From a bacterium (lineage in GTDB: Bacteria > Patescibacteriota > Saccharimonadia > UBA4664 > JBBRNT01), in contig JAYUFZ010000006.1 in NCBI GenBank assembly GCA_043767845.1, positions 6,726 through 70,725 on the forward strand: a stretch of DNA of 64,000 bases, given 5' to 3'. The position numbers and the translations under genes are program-made. Of the stretch, positions 47,156-58,038 are shown piece by piece. The notes under the pieces are model-generated. The model saw only the letters and a list, made by a program, of their open reading frames with translations. It did not search any database and had not been told where the DNA came from. Positions within the stretch are counted from its first letter, which is position 1. Each line of letters opens with the position of its first letter.

Positions 47156-47623
47156 CTAGCTGTACAACCGCTTAATGCAGTTGTCTGCTTGTTGTGACAG
47201 GGTGTTGTAGATGGCAAGGAAAGCGGGCAGGCATTCTGCGCGAGCCTTATCAAATACCTCTTTCTGGGAATTGCGCAACGCCAGGCGCAGTATACTGCGG
47301 TGAAGTGGGCTGTTGCTGGCGAAGGGTTGTGCCAGAAAGATTTGCCAACTGGCCTCGGTGAGCTGGTGATAGAGCGCCATGCGGTTGCTTGGAAAGAGTT
47401 CATCGACCATGACCAGCTTGTAGTAGAACTCGTGGAGCTGGTGGATCTTGCGGAGGGCACTTTGGGCTGAGCTTTCAGCGACCGTCGGTTCGTCCTCGGA
47501 GGTAACCCAGACTCCAGGACCACCTTCATCCCAGTCGGCGGCAACCGCCCGGTCAATATCTTCGTCAGTTGGCCGTGGTGGGCGCATGCGGGGTGTCATG
47601 TCGTCGTTAGGGTTTATTGGCAT
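47156..47623 (-). CDS. Hypothetical protein
   Basis: AAGGA RBS before MPINPND; fills the gap between convergent and divergent genes. Confidence 0.6.
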   Translation of the reverse strand: MPINPNDDMTPRMRPPRPTDEDIDRAVAADWDEGGPGVWVTSEDEPTVAESSAQSALRKIHQLHEFYYKLVMVDELFPSNRMALYHQLTEASWQIFLAQPFASNSPLHRSILRLALRNSQKEVFDKARAECLPAFLAIYNTLSQQADNCIKRLYS

Positions 47624-47730
47624 GTACTTTCCTTCGGCTTGGCGAATCAGAACCAGGGGATGATACAATATTTAGCCCAAATTGTCGAGATCACTTGGCG
47701 TTTGGCCATCTGGACGTGTAAGATACAGGT

Positions 47731-48561
47731 ATGGATTTGACCAATATTAATGACTTGCGCGACGCCCTCAGGCTGGCTGGGTTGAAGCCAAAAAAGAGCT
47801 TGGGGCAGCATTTTTTGGTTGATCGGGCCAGTTTGGAGGCGGTGATTGATGCCGCCGAAGTAGGGGCGGGGGACACCGTTCTAGAAATAGGCCCCGGCTT
47901 GGGTGTCATGACCTTCCCGCTGCTTAAGCGGGCGGGCAAGCTAGTCGCGGTCGAAACTGATCATGATCTGGCCGAATTGTTGCGCCGCACAGAGGCGGGT
48001 AATCTAGAGGTCATAGAGTCGGACATCATGAATTTCGATCTACGCCAGATCAAAAGTGACTACAAAGTTGTCGCCAATATCCCTTACTATCTGACCTCGC
48101 CAATCTTCCGTCTTTTGCTTGAAGCTGCGCATAAGCCGACGGTCGTTTCGGTACTGATCCAGAAAGAGGTCGCCGAGCGAATCGTGGCCCGTCCCGGCAA
48201 GATGTCGATTTTGGCCTTGAGTATCCAGTATTACGCCAAAGCCGAGCTGGTGCGGGTCGTTGAAAGGCACAAGTTTTGGCCAGCCCCACAGGTTGACTCG
48301 GCTATTTTGCGCCTCGAGGTTTACCCGAAACCGCTCTTCCAGGCCGATGCCGACGCGTTATTTCGCCTCATCAAAGCCGGCTTTGGCGAGAAGCGCAAAC
48401 AACTAAAGAACTCTTTGTCCGGCGGACTCAATATTACTGCCGACGCCGTGACTGCTCTGCTCGCGGCCGCAGATATTTTGCCAACCGCTCGCGCCCAGGA
48501 ACTTGACCTGGCGGCCTGGGAACGCTTATATACAGCTGTCACTAAGGCCCGGTTCCTATGA
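47731..48561 (+). CDS. rsmA: 16S rRNA m6,2A dimethyltransferase RsmA/KsgA
   Basis: KKSLGQHFL, EIGPGLG, VANIPYY, QKEVAER, PQVDSA. Confidence 0.97.
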   Translation: MDLTNINDLRDALRLAGLKPKKSLGQHFLVDRASLEAVIDAAEVGAGDTVLEIGPGLGVMTFPLLKRAGKLVAVETDHDLAELLRRTEAGNLEVIESDIMNFDLRQIKSDYKVVANIPYYLTSPIFRLLLEAAHKPTVVSVLIQKEVAERIVARPGKMSILALSIQYYAKAELVRVVERHKFWPAPQVDSAILRLEVYPKPLFQADADALFRLIKAGFGEKRKQLKNSLSGGLNITADAVTALLAAADILPTARAQELDLAAWERLYTAVTKARFL

Positions 48562-49379
48562 GGCGTTTTTTGTCGCGGCTTTTTTCATCGATCGCAACCT
48601 TGCTGATATCCAGCTTGATTATAGCCTGGATCATAAACGTGACCTTACTATCGAGCGCCTATCTCGTGTCGAGTGCCGACCATAGCGGCCTGTTCCGTGA
48701 GCTGTCCGCTCAGCTGCCAACCCTCATCTTCCCGGGCAAGACGGCCGATTCGTTGCGCTTGCAAGCTGAGTTGAGCCGCCAACTAAGCCCGGCGATTGTC
48801 CGTTCCGAATCGCAAACTTTTCTAGGTAGTCTCGAGTCCTATGTGCGCGAAGGCGGGAGTTTGCCAACCGCGCCCTTTGCTAAGACTATAAATTCGCTCG
48901 ACAGCGACAGGCTGCCGGATGCCGCCGCCGACCACCCGGTGGACAACCCCACGCTAATCTCCATCCACCGCTGGTATATGGTGGTCCACGAGTGGTTTAT
49001 TCGCCTGGTGTTGATCGCTCTCGCAGCAGCCCTTTTGGTCCTTGCTCTGCAGTCGAAGCGTTTGCTTTCGACTATCATCCGAATGGCGTTTACCATCCTC
49101 CTGAGCTTGGTTATTAGCTATGTTAGCTTCAAGGCGCTGCCGAGTCTGGTGGCCGATAGGATGCAGCTCGGGCCGGACCTGGCACCGACACTTCCTGTCC
49201 TCAAGGCTTGGTTGACGCAGGTAGTTGCCGGCATGAATAGTCTGGTAGTGAAGTCGGGCATTATTGTCCTGGCGGTAGCCGCAGCCTTGGCAGTTCTTTC
49301 GTTCGCTATGCAGCACAGCAAGCGCGGCGGTGAGATTAAGGGCTTAGACGACAAGGCTAGCCGAGCCAGCGATTTCTAG
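48558..49379 (+). CDS. Membrane protein, about 4 TM helices
   Basis: ATGA overlap with rsmA; hydrophobic segments. Confidence 0.8.
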   Translation: MRRFLSRLFSSIATLLISSLIIAWIINVTLLSSAYLVSSADHSGLFRELSAQLPTLIFPGKTADSLRLQAELSRQLSPAIVRSESQTFLGSLESYVREGGSLPTAPFAKTINSLDSDRLPDAAADHPVDNPTLISIHRWYMVVHEWFIRLVLIALAAALLVLALQSKRLLSTIIRMAFTILLSLVISYVSFKALPSLVADRMQLGPDLAPTLPVLKAWLTQVVAGMNSLVVKSGIIVLAVAAALAVLSFAMQHSKRGGEIKGLDDKASRASDF

Positions 49380-49437
49380 CCCCCAGAACCCTCCCAGATC
49401 TGTTGTTTATCTGCAGCACAACCGCTATGATAGAAAG

Positions 49438-51351
49438 GTGCAAGCCACAAGAAAGATCCAAATATGTACCGGGATCACGCTATGGCTGATGGCTTTTGCT
49501 GTCAGCCTATTTCCGGTGGCGGTAGGCGCGGTCACCAACTTTACGTATGATACGACAGTTACCTATGCCGTAAGCAGCGACGGGACAACCAATGTTCACG
49601 AGCATTACAGTATCACCAATAATACTGCCCGTCAGTACCTTACTGAGCTTAAACTGCAGACCCCGGTCGAAACACTAAGCGATCTCAAAGTAAGCTACAG
49701 CGACGGTGGGGCTATCACTGCCACCACTGCCAAGCGGGCCACAGTTCGTGACGGCCTCAGCTACGACTATGCTGAAATCGATATTATGTTCCCGCGCCAG
49801 ACCTACGGTTCCGGTCGGGTGTGGGAGTTCGACCTAACCTATAGCGCCAAGGGGCTGGTCGATAGTCGGGGTGGCGGGCATACGGTCTTCATTCCATCGA
49901 TTGAGGCGGGGGATAGTGGTGATGCCTATAAAGTAACACTTGAGGTCCCTGAAAGCTTTGGTACGGCCCACTTCTCCGGTGCTAAGTCGGCCTCTGGCGG
50001 GTTGCTAGACGGCAAACAATTCTTCAATTTCGATAAAGCTGACCTGCTTGCCCACTCCCTGGCGCTGGTTTTTGGCGATAGCACTATCTACCGAGTGAAC
50101 ATGAATTACCCCCTGACCAACGACGGCCCGTTGGCCAAAACTTTTACCATTAGTCTACCGCCAGACCTGAATAACCAACACGCTGTCGTCACAAAACTCA
50201 CCCCAGAGCCACTCAATACTCGTCTTGATCCCGATGGCAACGTGCTGGCCGACTACCGCCTGAAAGCCGGTGAGCACCTGACAGTCAAGACCGATATCGA
50301 AAGCGAGGTCAAGTACCTGGAATACGACACCACAAAAAGCAAAAAACTGGCCAATATTCCAGCTGAGCTGGTCCGCCAGTACACTTCTAGCTCGCGTTTT
50401 TGGCAGACTGGTGGGGTAGTTGGTGAGGCCGCCAAAAAGCTCAATGACCCGAATGCGCCGGTTATCGACAATGTCAAAGCTATGTATCAATTCGTTGTCG
50501 ACCGCCTGACCTACAATAAAAATAAGATTCAATTCAACTATCGCCAAGGGGCCACTAAGGCGTTTACTAACCCGACTAATGTGGTTTGCTTGGAATATGC
50601 CGATTTGCTGATTGCCATGCTGCGCAGCCAGGGTATTCCGGCCCGCATGCCAATTGGCTATGCCTACAGCGGTGGGCTGAAGAACACCGACAGTGTGGCT
50701 GACTCGCTCCACGCCTGGGTCGAGGCCTATGTGCCAGGTGTCGGCTGGATGACACTTGACCCTACTTGGGGTAAAAAGTTCGACAACTTCGGTAAGTCTG
50801 ATATGGATCATGTGGCCTTTGCTGTTTGGGGCACTAGCGATGAGTTGCCCGGCGCTGTCATGGCCGGGGGGAGTGACACTGGCTACCAGTACGAATCAGC
50901 AGTGCTCGATTATACTACTAAGCTTAGCCTGCCTACCGGTTCGGCCAAGGTGAACTTCCAACGCTACCTGATACTCCCCTTCGTCAGCTACGACCGGGTG
51001 ACCACTGAGTCACTCCCGGGTGTGGCCAGTGATGGCAATGTCTTGCAACTCGAAGGCCGGACAGTCCAGCTTGGTTCGCTCGCGCCGTCGCAAAAAACCA
51101 AACAGGGATGGTTCAATGTTGGATTGCGTTGGAGTAATAAGGGTACGATCAAATTCGGGCGCACCAGTGCCGGAGGTTTGGGGGTTTTGGCTCAAGCCAG
51201 TGCCAAGGTTATCTACTGGCCATTGTTTGTTTTTCTCGGCTGCTTGGTATTTGCAGCCATCGCGGCCGCTGTGGTAAGATTACTGCCACGAAAAAACAAG
51301 CCTGGTCTCATAGCAAGCGATGACGACTTTGCCAAACGGAATGCCGCCTAA
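49438..51351 (+). CDS. Surface transglutaminase-like domain protein
   Basis: Signal peptide, VCLEYADL..A.LR..GIPAR, HAWVE, LDPTW, C-terminal TM. Confidence 0.92.
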   Translation: MQATRKIQICTGITLWLMAFAVSLFPVAVGAVTNFTYDTTVTYAVSSDGTTNVHEHYSITNNTARQYLTELKLQTPVETLSDLKVSYSDGGAITATTAKRATVRDGLSYDYAEIDIMFPRQTYGSGRVWEFDLTYSAKGLVDSRGGGHTVFIPSIEAGDSGDAYKVTLEVPESFGTAHFSGAKSASGGLLDGKQFFNFDKADLLAHSLALVFGDSTIYRVNMNYPLTNDGPLAKTFTISLPPDLNNQHAVVTKLTPEPLNTRLDPDGNVLADYRLKAGEHLTVKTDIESEVKYLEYDTTKSKKLANIPAELVRQYTSSSRFWQTGGVVGEAAKKLNDPNAPVIDNVKAMYQFVVDRLTYNKNKIQFNYRQGATKAFTNPTNVVCLEYADLLIAMLRSQGIPARMPIGYAYSGGLKNTDSVADSLHAWVEAYVPGVGWMTLDPTWGKKFDNFGKSDMDHVAFAVWGTSDELPGAVMAGGSDTGYQYESAVLDYTTKLSLPTGSAKVNFQRYLILPFVSYDRVTTESLPGVASDGNVLQLEGRTVQLGSLAPSQKTKQGWFNVGLRWSNKGTIKFGRTSAGGLGVLAQASAKVIYWPLFVFLGCLVFAAIAAAVVRLLPRKNKPGLIASDDDFAKRNAA

Positions 51352-52796
51352 TGCCTAAATACTTTTTATCAACTTCAATTGCCTACGCCAATGCCAAACC
51401 ACACTTGGGTCACGCCCTGGAGGCGCTGCAGGCCGATGTTTTGGCACGTTTCCATAGGGGCCTGGGCGAGGACGTGTTCTTTGTGACCGGCACCGATGAG
51501 CACGGCGATAAGCTTCAGCGGGCGGCCACGGCCCAAGGCCTTGAGCCCCGAGCTTTGGTCGACAAGGTAAGTTTGGAGTTCACTGAGCTTTATTCGAGCC
51601 TAAATATTAGTTTTGATCGGTTCATCCGTACCACCGACGCCGACCACAAGAAGGCGGCTCAAAAACTCTGGAAAGCTTGCCAAAAAGATATCTATAAATC
51701 CAGCTACAGTGGGCTCTATTGTGTTGGCGAAGAGCGCTTTTTGACCGAGAAAGAGTTGGTAGATGGCAAGTGCCCCGATCACAACACTGTCCCCGAGAAA
51801 CTGACTATCGATAGCTACTTCTTCCGGCTCAGTAAGTACCAGGGACTCATCGAGCGCTTGATCGAAAGTGATGGACTCAAGATCTATCCCGAGTCGCGCA
51901 AGAATGAAATGCTACAGTTTGTGCGTGGCGGCCTGGAAGATGTCAGCATTTCTCGGTCTAAAGACCGATTAAACTGGGGTATCGATGTGCCTGATGACCC
52001 GACGCATGTCATGTACGTCTGGTTCGACGCCTTAGCCAACTATATTACCGCTGCTGGGTATGTCGCGGAAGGCGATAGTTTTGATAGCTGGTGGCCAGCC
52101 GATATGCATTGTATCGGCAAAGACATCCTGCGTTTTCATGCCGTGCTCTGGCCGGCGATGCTACTTTCGGCTGGTCTTGCGACCCCCAAAGCACTCAATG
52201 TCCATGGTTTTATCACTTCTGAAGGTCAGAAAATGAGCAAGAGCCTTGGCAATGTGGTTGACCCGGCGGAAATGATTAAGGCCTACCGGGCAGATGCTTT
52301 GCGCTATTATCTACTGCGTGAGATTCCGAGTGGCGCAGATGGTGACTTTTCTCAGCAACGCTTCGACACGCTCTACAACAGTGATTTAGCCAATGACTTG
52401 GGTAATCTCTTGCAGCGAACCAGTGTCATGGCTACCAAATATTTTGATGGTAAACTTGAGAATATTCCAGACACCATGCACGACGAAGCCGCCTACCGTG
52501 AGCATATTACCAACCTGCGTTTCGAGCGGGCTCTCGAAGAGGTCTGGCGGCTGGTGCGTTCAGTGAACCAGCTCATCGACACCGAGAAACCATGGGAACT
52601 GGCTAAGTCCGACCAAAAGCAACTGGCCTGGGTGATGGGGCAGATCATAGCTGACCTACGACAAGTCGGCCAGCTTCTTTTGCCATTTCTGCCCCAGACG
52701 GCTGGTGATATTATTCGCACCATTGGCGGCAACCAGGTCGACACGACAATCGGCATCATGTTCCCTAAGAGCTCCACAAGCGCAGAGAGCGTCTAG
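51351..52796 (+). CDS. metG: Methionine--tRNA ligase (short form)
   Basis: PHLGHA, TGTDEHG, YVWFDAL, GKDILRFH, KMSKS. Confidence 0.97.
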   Translation: MPKYFLSTSIAYANAKPHLGHALEALQADVLARFHRGLGEDVFFVTGTDEHGDKLQRAATAQGLEPRALVDKVSLEFTELYSSLNISFDRFIRTTDADHKKAAQKLWKACQKDIYKSSYSGLYCVGEERFLTEKELVDGKCPDHNTVPEKLTIDSYFFRLSKYQGLIERLIESDGLKIYPESRKNEMLQFVRGGLEDVSISRSKDRLNWGIDVPDDPTHVMYVWFDALANYITAAGYVAEGDSFDSWWPADMHCIGKDILRFHAVLWPAMLLSAGLATPKALNVHGFITSEGQKMSKSLGNVVDPAEMIKAYRADALRYYLLREIPSGADGDFSQQRFDTLYNSDLANDLGNLLQRTSVMATKYFDGKLENIPDTMHDEAAYREHITNLRFERALEEVWRLVRSVNQLIDTEKPWELAKSDQKQLAWVMGQIIADLRQVGQLLLPFLPQTAGDIIRTIGGNQVDTTIGIMFPKSSTSAESV

Positions 52797-53569
52797 TGGC
52801 TGCCCCTGACCTGTTCGATAGTCACGCGCACATCCACCACGCGCCACTCGCAAGTGAGATGGAGGCAGTTGTTGCCAGATCACGTGCTGCTGGTGTTAGC
52901 GGTATGCTGGTGGTCGGTTGCGACACCGAAGATAGCGCTAAGGCGATACAGGCTGCGGACATGTTTGAGGGCACCTGGGTCGGGGTCGGCTTTCATCCGC
53001 ACGAGGCCCATCGTGGCCCCGCAGCTTGGCAGGGATTGGCTAGCCTAGCAAGTGCCCCAAAAGTACGGGCAGTGGGCGAGTGTGGCCTCGACTACTACCG
53101 CAACCTCAGTGAAAAAGCCGATCAAGAAGCCGCTTTCAGGTTCCAAATCGAGCTTGCCCTGGATCACCACCTCCCGATGGTCTGGCATATTCGTGAGGCC
53201 TTCGATGATTTTTTTCGCATCATCGATGAATATCCGGGCGTAAGGGGAGTAGTTCATAGCTTTACCGACCACCGGGCCAATATGGAAAAGGCCGTCGAGC
53301 GCGGCTTCACTATCGCCCTCAACGGCATTATGACGTTCACCAAAGACGCTGGCCAACTCGAAGCTGCTCGCCACATCCCATTAGAAAAATTAATACTCGA
53401 AACCGACAGCCCCTACCTGGCCCCGGTACCCCTGCGCGGCAAGCCCAACGAGCCGGCCTATATAGCCCATACCGCGGCTTTTTTATCCAAACTGCGCCAA
53501 GAATCTATCGAAGATCTGGCTACACAGACCACCCGTAATAGCCGGTTGCTTTTTGGCCTCGACGACTAG
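52796..53569 (+). CDS. tatD: TatD family DNase
   Basis: DSHAH, GFHPH, VGECGLDY, HIRE, VHSF, ETDSPYLAP. Confidence 0.96.
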   Translation: MAAPDLFDSHAHIHHAPLASEMEAVVARSRAAGVSGMLVVGCDTEDSAKAIQAADMFEGTWVGVGFHPHEAHRGPAAWQGLASLASAPKVRAVGECGLDYYRNLSEKADQEAAFRFQIELALDHHLPMVWHIREAFDDFFRIIDEYPGVRGVVHSFTDHRANMEKAVERGFTIALNGIMTFTKDAGQLEAARHIPLEKLILETDSPYLAPVPLRGKPNEPAYIAHTAAFLSKLRQESIEDLATQTTRNSRLLFGLDD

Positions 53570-53572
53570 CTA

Positions 53573-54709
53573 CTACTCGGCGATGAAGTAGTCGAAGCCG
53601 ATTTGCGGATTGGGGACAGAGACTGAGGCGCCAACGATTTTATTAGCAGTATACAGCTTGAAGCCAGCACTAGTCCTGGTGATGTAATACTGCATTTGTC
53701 CCGCTTCACGGCCGACGGGTGTCAGGTTAATGCGCGGGATTTTGCTGTAGCCAGCGCCAAAGGTAACAGTTGCAAGCAGCCCGCAAGTATTAGGGTCCAC
53801 CCCAACCACGGGAGTACAGGTAGCTCCAACTCCACTATCGTTGCCGGGGGTGATAACTATGGTACCGGTCGTATCATTGCCACTGACCGACGACGTACCT
53901 GAAGTCCCAAGCGTGTTTGTATTGTAGCTCAGGCTAGGGCCTGGGCCGCCTGAAATGTAGTGGCCGTTGATGGCCAGCGGTCCATTCAGCGTGGCATTCT
54001 TGAAGTTGATAGTATTGACGGTGAGGCTCCCAGCAATCGAAGCGTTGTTTAAGACATTGAGGCTACCGCCAACAGTCAAGGCGCTCGACATAGTGACCGC
54101 GCCTTGAATACTTACGGCGCCAGCGACAGCCAGCGTACTCTTGACGCTCGTGGCATTGAGCGTGGAATTGCCTGCCACATTCAGCTCCGAAAGGCTGGTA
54201 CTGCCAGCCGTCAGTCCAGCGAGGGTTGTGGCGCTCACGACATTCAGCTTGCCGCCAATACTGGCGTCTTTATCTACCTGAATTTTATTTTTAAATTGGG
54301 TGAACGGGGCAATGATTAGCGTCCCAAAACTCTCACCTATAGTAGCCGTCTTACTGTTGAGCTTATTAATTTCTTCGACACTCAGACTTTCAGGGTTATA
54401 GCCAGTTGGCGTGACGGCTTTCTGATTCCTGGACTTCAGGATGAAATAAATTGCCGCCACATTGGCCGCTATGATAAACAGCACAATAATAACGCCGAAT
54501 ATCGTCGCCCGAGCGCTCAAGTGGATTGTGCGTTTGGGCGTCAGCGGCTTGTTGGGCGTTAAATCATGAATATTATTTGGATCAGCCTTGCCAGAATCAG
54601 CTTCGGCGAGCTTGTCACTGGCACCAGAAAGCTCAACAGCGGCTGGAGTAGCAGTAGTTTGGGGAGCGCCGTTAGGCGATTGATTCTTTTCGGGCTTGTC
54701 GTCGGCCAT
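53573..54709 (-). CDS. Membrane-anchored fibre-like protein (beta-helix-like repeats plus tail-fibre-like tip)
   Basis: TM, LxVxGx repeats, C-terminal SGNDTTGTI...VTF...P...LTP...FDYFIAE. Confidence 0.8.
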   Translation of the reverse strand: MADDKPEKNQSPNGAPQTTATPAAVELSGASDKLAEADSGKADPNNIHDLTPNKPLTPKRTIHLSARATIFGVIIVLFIIAANVAAIYFILKSRNQKAVTPTGYNPESLSVEEINKLNSKTATIGESFGTLIIAPFTQFKNKIQVDKDASIGGKLNVVSATTLAGLTAGSTSLSELNVAGNSTLNATSVKSTLAVAGAVSIQGAVTMSSALTVGGSLNVLNNASIAGSLTVNTINFKNATLNGPLAINGHYISGGPGPSLSYNTNTLGTSGTSSVSGNDTTGTIVITPGNDSGVGATCTPVVGVDPNTCGLLATVTFGAGYSKIPRINLTPVGREAGQMQYYITRTSAGFKLYTANKIVGASVSVPNPQIGFDYFIAE

Positions 54710-54828
54710 AGCTCACAACTGTCTCATAATAACTCTTATAATACTGGTTATGCTAGGTGTGAGCAAGCGGAGGCTATACAAGCCGCGCGGTAGTTGCGGA
54801 TCGTAGACAGATAGGGCAGTATAAGCAT

Positions 54829-55554
54829 ATGCATGTTTACAGGCGTTTTTTTGTGTGGGTGCTAGTAGGTTGGCTCGCGGTGCCAGGCCTAGTTTGGGCT
54901 GACGATTTGAAAAGTACGAATTACCAAATCCAGGAGAGTTTTGTGGGCGGTGGTGGCCGTATCGATGAAAGTTCGACAAACTTTCACGCCGCCGAATCGA
55001 TCGGCGACGCAGCTGTAGGCGATTCTGCTTCCACAAACCTACAGACGAAGTCTAGCTATACGACCACAAGTGATCCAGCGCTGACCTTCATTGTAGACAA
55101 CGGCGGGACAGTAAATTTCGGAGCGCTATCACCAACAGTCATGACCTACGCCACTTCAACCTTTCGGGTCATCAACTACACCAGCTACGGGTATCAAATA
55201 ATTATTACTGGCACCACGCCAAGCAATGGGCCCCACAGTATACCAGCACTTTCCACGCTGACGTCGCCGTCGATTGGTACCGAGCAATACGGCATAAACC
55301 TGGTGGCCAACAGCGGTTTTGGCGCCAACCCGCTCCAGGTACCATCAAGTAGCTTTAGCTATGGTGTAGCCCAGGGCCCCGACTACAACGTCGCTGACCA
55401 GTATAAGTTTGTTAGCGGCGATACTATTGCCAGCGCCCCGAAAAGCTCAGGTGAGACCGACTACACCATTTCGCATATTATTAATGTCTCGGCCCTCACC
55501 CTCGGCGGCCTGTATAGCTCCGGCCACGAACTTATCTGCATCGGCACTTATTAG
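54829..55554 (+). CDS. Secreted WxL-like protein, short paralog
   Basis: Signal peptide; STNYQIQES; GTEQYGINL; ends LICIGTY. Confidence 0.85.
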   Translation: MHVYRRFFVWVLVGWLAVPGLVWADDLKSTNYQIQESFVGGGGRIDESSTNFHAAESIGDAAVGDSASTNLQTKSSYTTTSDPALTFIVDNGGTVNFGALSPTVMTYATSTFRVINYTSYGYQIIITGTTPSNGPHSIPALSTLTSPSIGTEQYGINLVANSGFGANPLQVPSSSFSYGVAQGPDYNVADQYKFVSGDTIASAPKSSGETDYTISHIINVSALTLGGLYSSGHELICIGTY

Positions 55555-55733
55555 GGATAGGGCGCAAGAGCGATAAGCCCATGGTAAGTAGTTTGACAAT
55601 GTTGTATCAACTACCACGCATATTTGTATTAATTACAACGAATCGCTATCTGATTTTTACGAAATAGCTGTTGACTGCTTTATTCCGCTAATGCTAAGCT
55701 AGTAACAGTCTATATTTGTGAATTAAGGATTTT

Positions 55734-56795
55734 ATGGCGGGTCGTCTCTCAATTCAGGGAAACCGAATTATAACCTGGACCAGTGTTTGGATTATGGCAA
55801 TTTACCTCTTTGCCCCGCTCACTGCATCCGCTGCTCAATTTACTTCGCGTAAGATTACGCTTGGCAGCTCGGCATTCTCGGCGGTAACTACCCATAAGTT
55901 TGATTTTGTCGTGCCAGTGGGCGGCGGTGGGAGCGTTGGGTCGATCCAGTTTTTGTATTGCCTCGCGGCTTCTGGTTCCTGTGTCACTCCTACAGGGTTG
56001 TCGACAACAAGTGCCACAATTTCAGCCCAGAGCGGTGCGACTGGTTTTACTATGGTTAACACCACAAATGGCGCACCCTACCTTACGCGCGCTGCCAGTG
56101 CCATTTCAGCGTCTACAGTGCTCAGCTATACGCTCGGAGTTGTTACTAACCCGAATATAGCAAATGAAACTTTTTATATTCGCATAAGTTACTTTACTGC
56201 CACGAATGCCACTGGCTCAGCACTGGATACTGGTATCGTTGCAGCCAGTACCGCTGCGCAGATTGTCGTAACAGCCCATGTCGATGAAATACTCATCTTT
56301 TGCGTTTATACTGGCGCGAATTGCGCGGCCGGCGGCACCACGGTCACGCTGGGTACTGTGACGCCTACAGTCACGGGTGTAGGTATATCCTATATGGATG
56401 CTGGTACCAATGCCGGTAGTGGCTACAGTATCCAGTACACAGCTCCAACACTGACTTCCGGTGCTAATACCATTACGGCCATCGGCACAACAGCCACTAC
56501 TTCGGTGGTTGGGACCGCCCAATTCGGTATCAATGCCACAGGGCCGAATGCCACCCCTACCGTCACTGGTTCACAAACACCAAGCGGCATCGCCCCTATC
56601 GGTAGCGCGGCAACGAATTACAATACTGCCGACAATTATGCTTTTGTTGCCAGCACGCTGACTACCGTCGCGACCTCCTCGGGTGCAGCTAACACCACCA
56701 AATTCTCTGTGTCATATCTGGCCAATGTTAACTCGTCACAAGCTGCTGGGGATTACACCTCAACCTTCACTTATATTTGTACGGCTACATTCTAA
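55734..56795 (+). CDS. Secreted WxL-like protein, paralog A
   Basis: Signal peptide; TNAGSGY; QFGIN; ends YTSTFTYICTATF. Confidence 0.88.
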   Translation: MAGRLSIQGNRIITWTSVWIMAIYLFAPLTASAAQFTSRKITLGSSAFSAVTTHKFDFVVPVGGGGSVGSIQFLYCLAASGSCVTPTGLSTTSATISAQSGATGFTMVNTTNGAPYLTRAASAISASTVLSYTLGVVTNPNIANETFYIRISYFTATNATGSALDTGIVAASTAAQIVVTAHVDEILIFCVYTGANCAAGGTTVTLGTVTPTVTGVGISYMDAGTNAGSGYSIQYTAPTLTSGANTITAIGTTATTSVVGTAQFGINATGPNATPTVTGSQTPSGIAPIGSAATNYNTADNYAFVASTLTTVATSSGAANTTKFSVSYLANVNSSQAAGDYTSTFTYICTATF

Positions 56796-56806
56796 TGGGA
56801 AAAATC

Positions 56807-57904
56807 ATGAACAAACAGATAGAACTCAAAAGAAAAATCTCCCAAATCGTTCTTGTCGCGATGACGCTCGCTATGCTGCCGGTCACCAATGCTTCTGCCG
56901 CCCAGATTACTGCCCGTAAACTGACGCTTGGTTCCTCGGCCTCGGCGACAGCTACTACCTATAATTTCGTGTTCACACTGCCAACAGCTACAGCCGTCAA
57001 GTCAGCGCGCTTCCAGGTTTGCTCCACGGCATCTGGCTCTTGTACTGTGCCTAATCTCTGGGCCAATACAGGCGCAACGCTTGGTAGTTTTACCAATATT
57101 GGTACCGGCTTTACTGTCGACCTGGCATCGAATGCTGACAGCTTAGGTATGACAAGCGCGGCTAACTCAACGGCACCGACGTCGCCCGTAACCGTGCAAT
57201 TCAATAATGTGACCAACCCTACTCTAACCACGCAGCCATTTAGCTTCTATGTACGGATTGCTACGTATTCATCTAATACCTATACCGGAGCGCTCGATAC
57301 TGGTGTAGTTGCGGCAGCTATCGTAAATCAGATCACGCTTACTGGTACCATGCCTGAGTCGCTCATCTTCTGTACGGGCGGCACAGTGACAGGCACTGAT
57401 TGCTCGACGGCTACGAGCGGTGCCGTGTCGTTCAACCAGTTCTTTTCACCCACAACTACCGCGACCGCGACATCGCAAATGGTTGCTTCGACTAATGCTG
57501 GTACGGGATATGTCATTACCGTGAGCGGTGCGACGATGACCTCCGGTGGTAGCACGATTACCGCCATGAGCTCATCGACAACATCTGTCATTGGTACGAG
57601 ACAATTCGGTCTCAATCTAGTCAGCAATGCTACGCCAGCAATTGGAGCCGCAGTAACCCCTGCCTCAAGCGCATCCGGCGGATCAACGCTACAAGCTAAT
57701 CCCGCTACCGGTTACGGGGCTGCCGACAACTTTAAGTTCCTAACTGGAGATACAGTAGCCAACTCGGACTTCCAAACTGGTGGCACAAATCGCGCCAGCG
57801 ACGCGCAGAATTATACTGTTTCCTACATAGTAAATGTAAATGGTAGTTTAGCCGCAGGCGTATACACGACGACGCTGTCTTACATCTGTACTGCCACATT
57901 CTAG
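56807..57904 (+). CDS. Secreted WxL-like protein, paralog B
   Basis: Signal peptide; TNAGTGY; QFGLNL; ends YTTTLSYICTATF. Confidence 0.88.
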   Translation: MNKQIELKRKISQIVLVAMTLAMLPVTNASAAQITARKLTLGSSASATATTYNFVFTLPTATAVKSARFQVCSTASGSCTVPNLWANTGATLGSFTNIGTGFTVDLASNADSLGMTSAANSTAPTSPVTVQFNNVTNPTLTTQPFSFYVRIATYSSNTYTGALDTGVVAAAIVNQITLTGTMPESLIFCTGGTVTGTDCSTATSGAVSFNQFFSPTTTATATSQMVASTNAGTGYVITVSGATMTSGGSTITAMSSSTTSVIGTRQFGLNLVSNATPAIGAAVTPASSASGGSTLQANPATGYGAADNFKFLTGDTVANSDFQTGGTNRASDAQNYTVSYIVNVNGSLAAGVYTTTLSYICTATF

Positions 57905-57969
57905 TCGAGCCTGATAGCGCCCTTTCAACAAAAAAGTAAATAAGTGTAAAAATCAGCTTGAAAAAGTTG

Positions 57970-57998
57970 TTGACATGATAATGCTAATGCTGCACAAT
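57970..57998 (+). promoter_or_regulatory. Internal promoter before paralog B'
   Basis: TTGACA-17 bp-CACAAT; shares GTTGAC...GCTAATGCT with the promoter at 55670. Confidence 0.55.
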
Positions 57999-58038
57999 GG
58001 CATCAAGTACACAAAAAACAAAAGAACGAGCAAAACAA

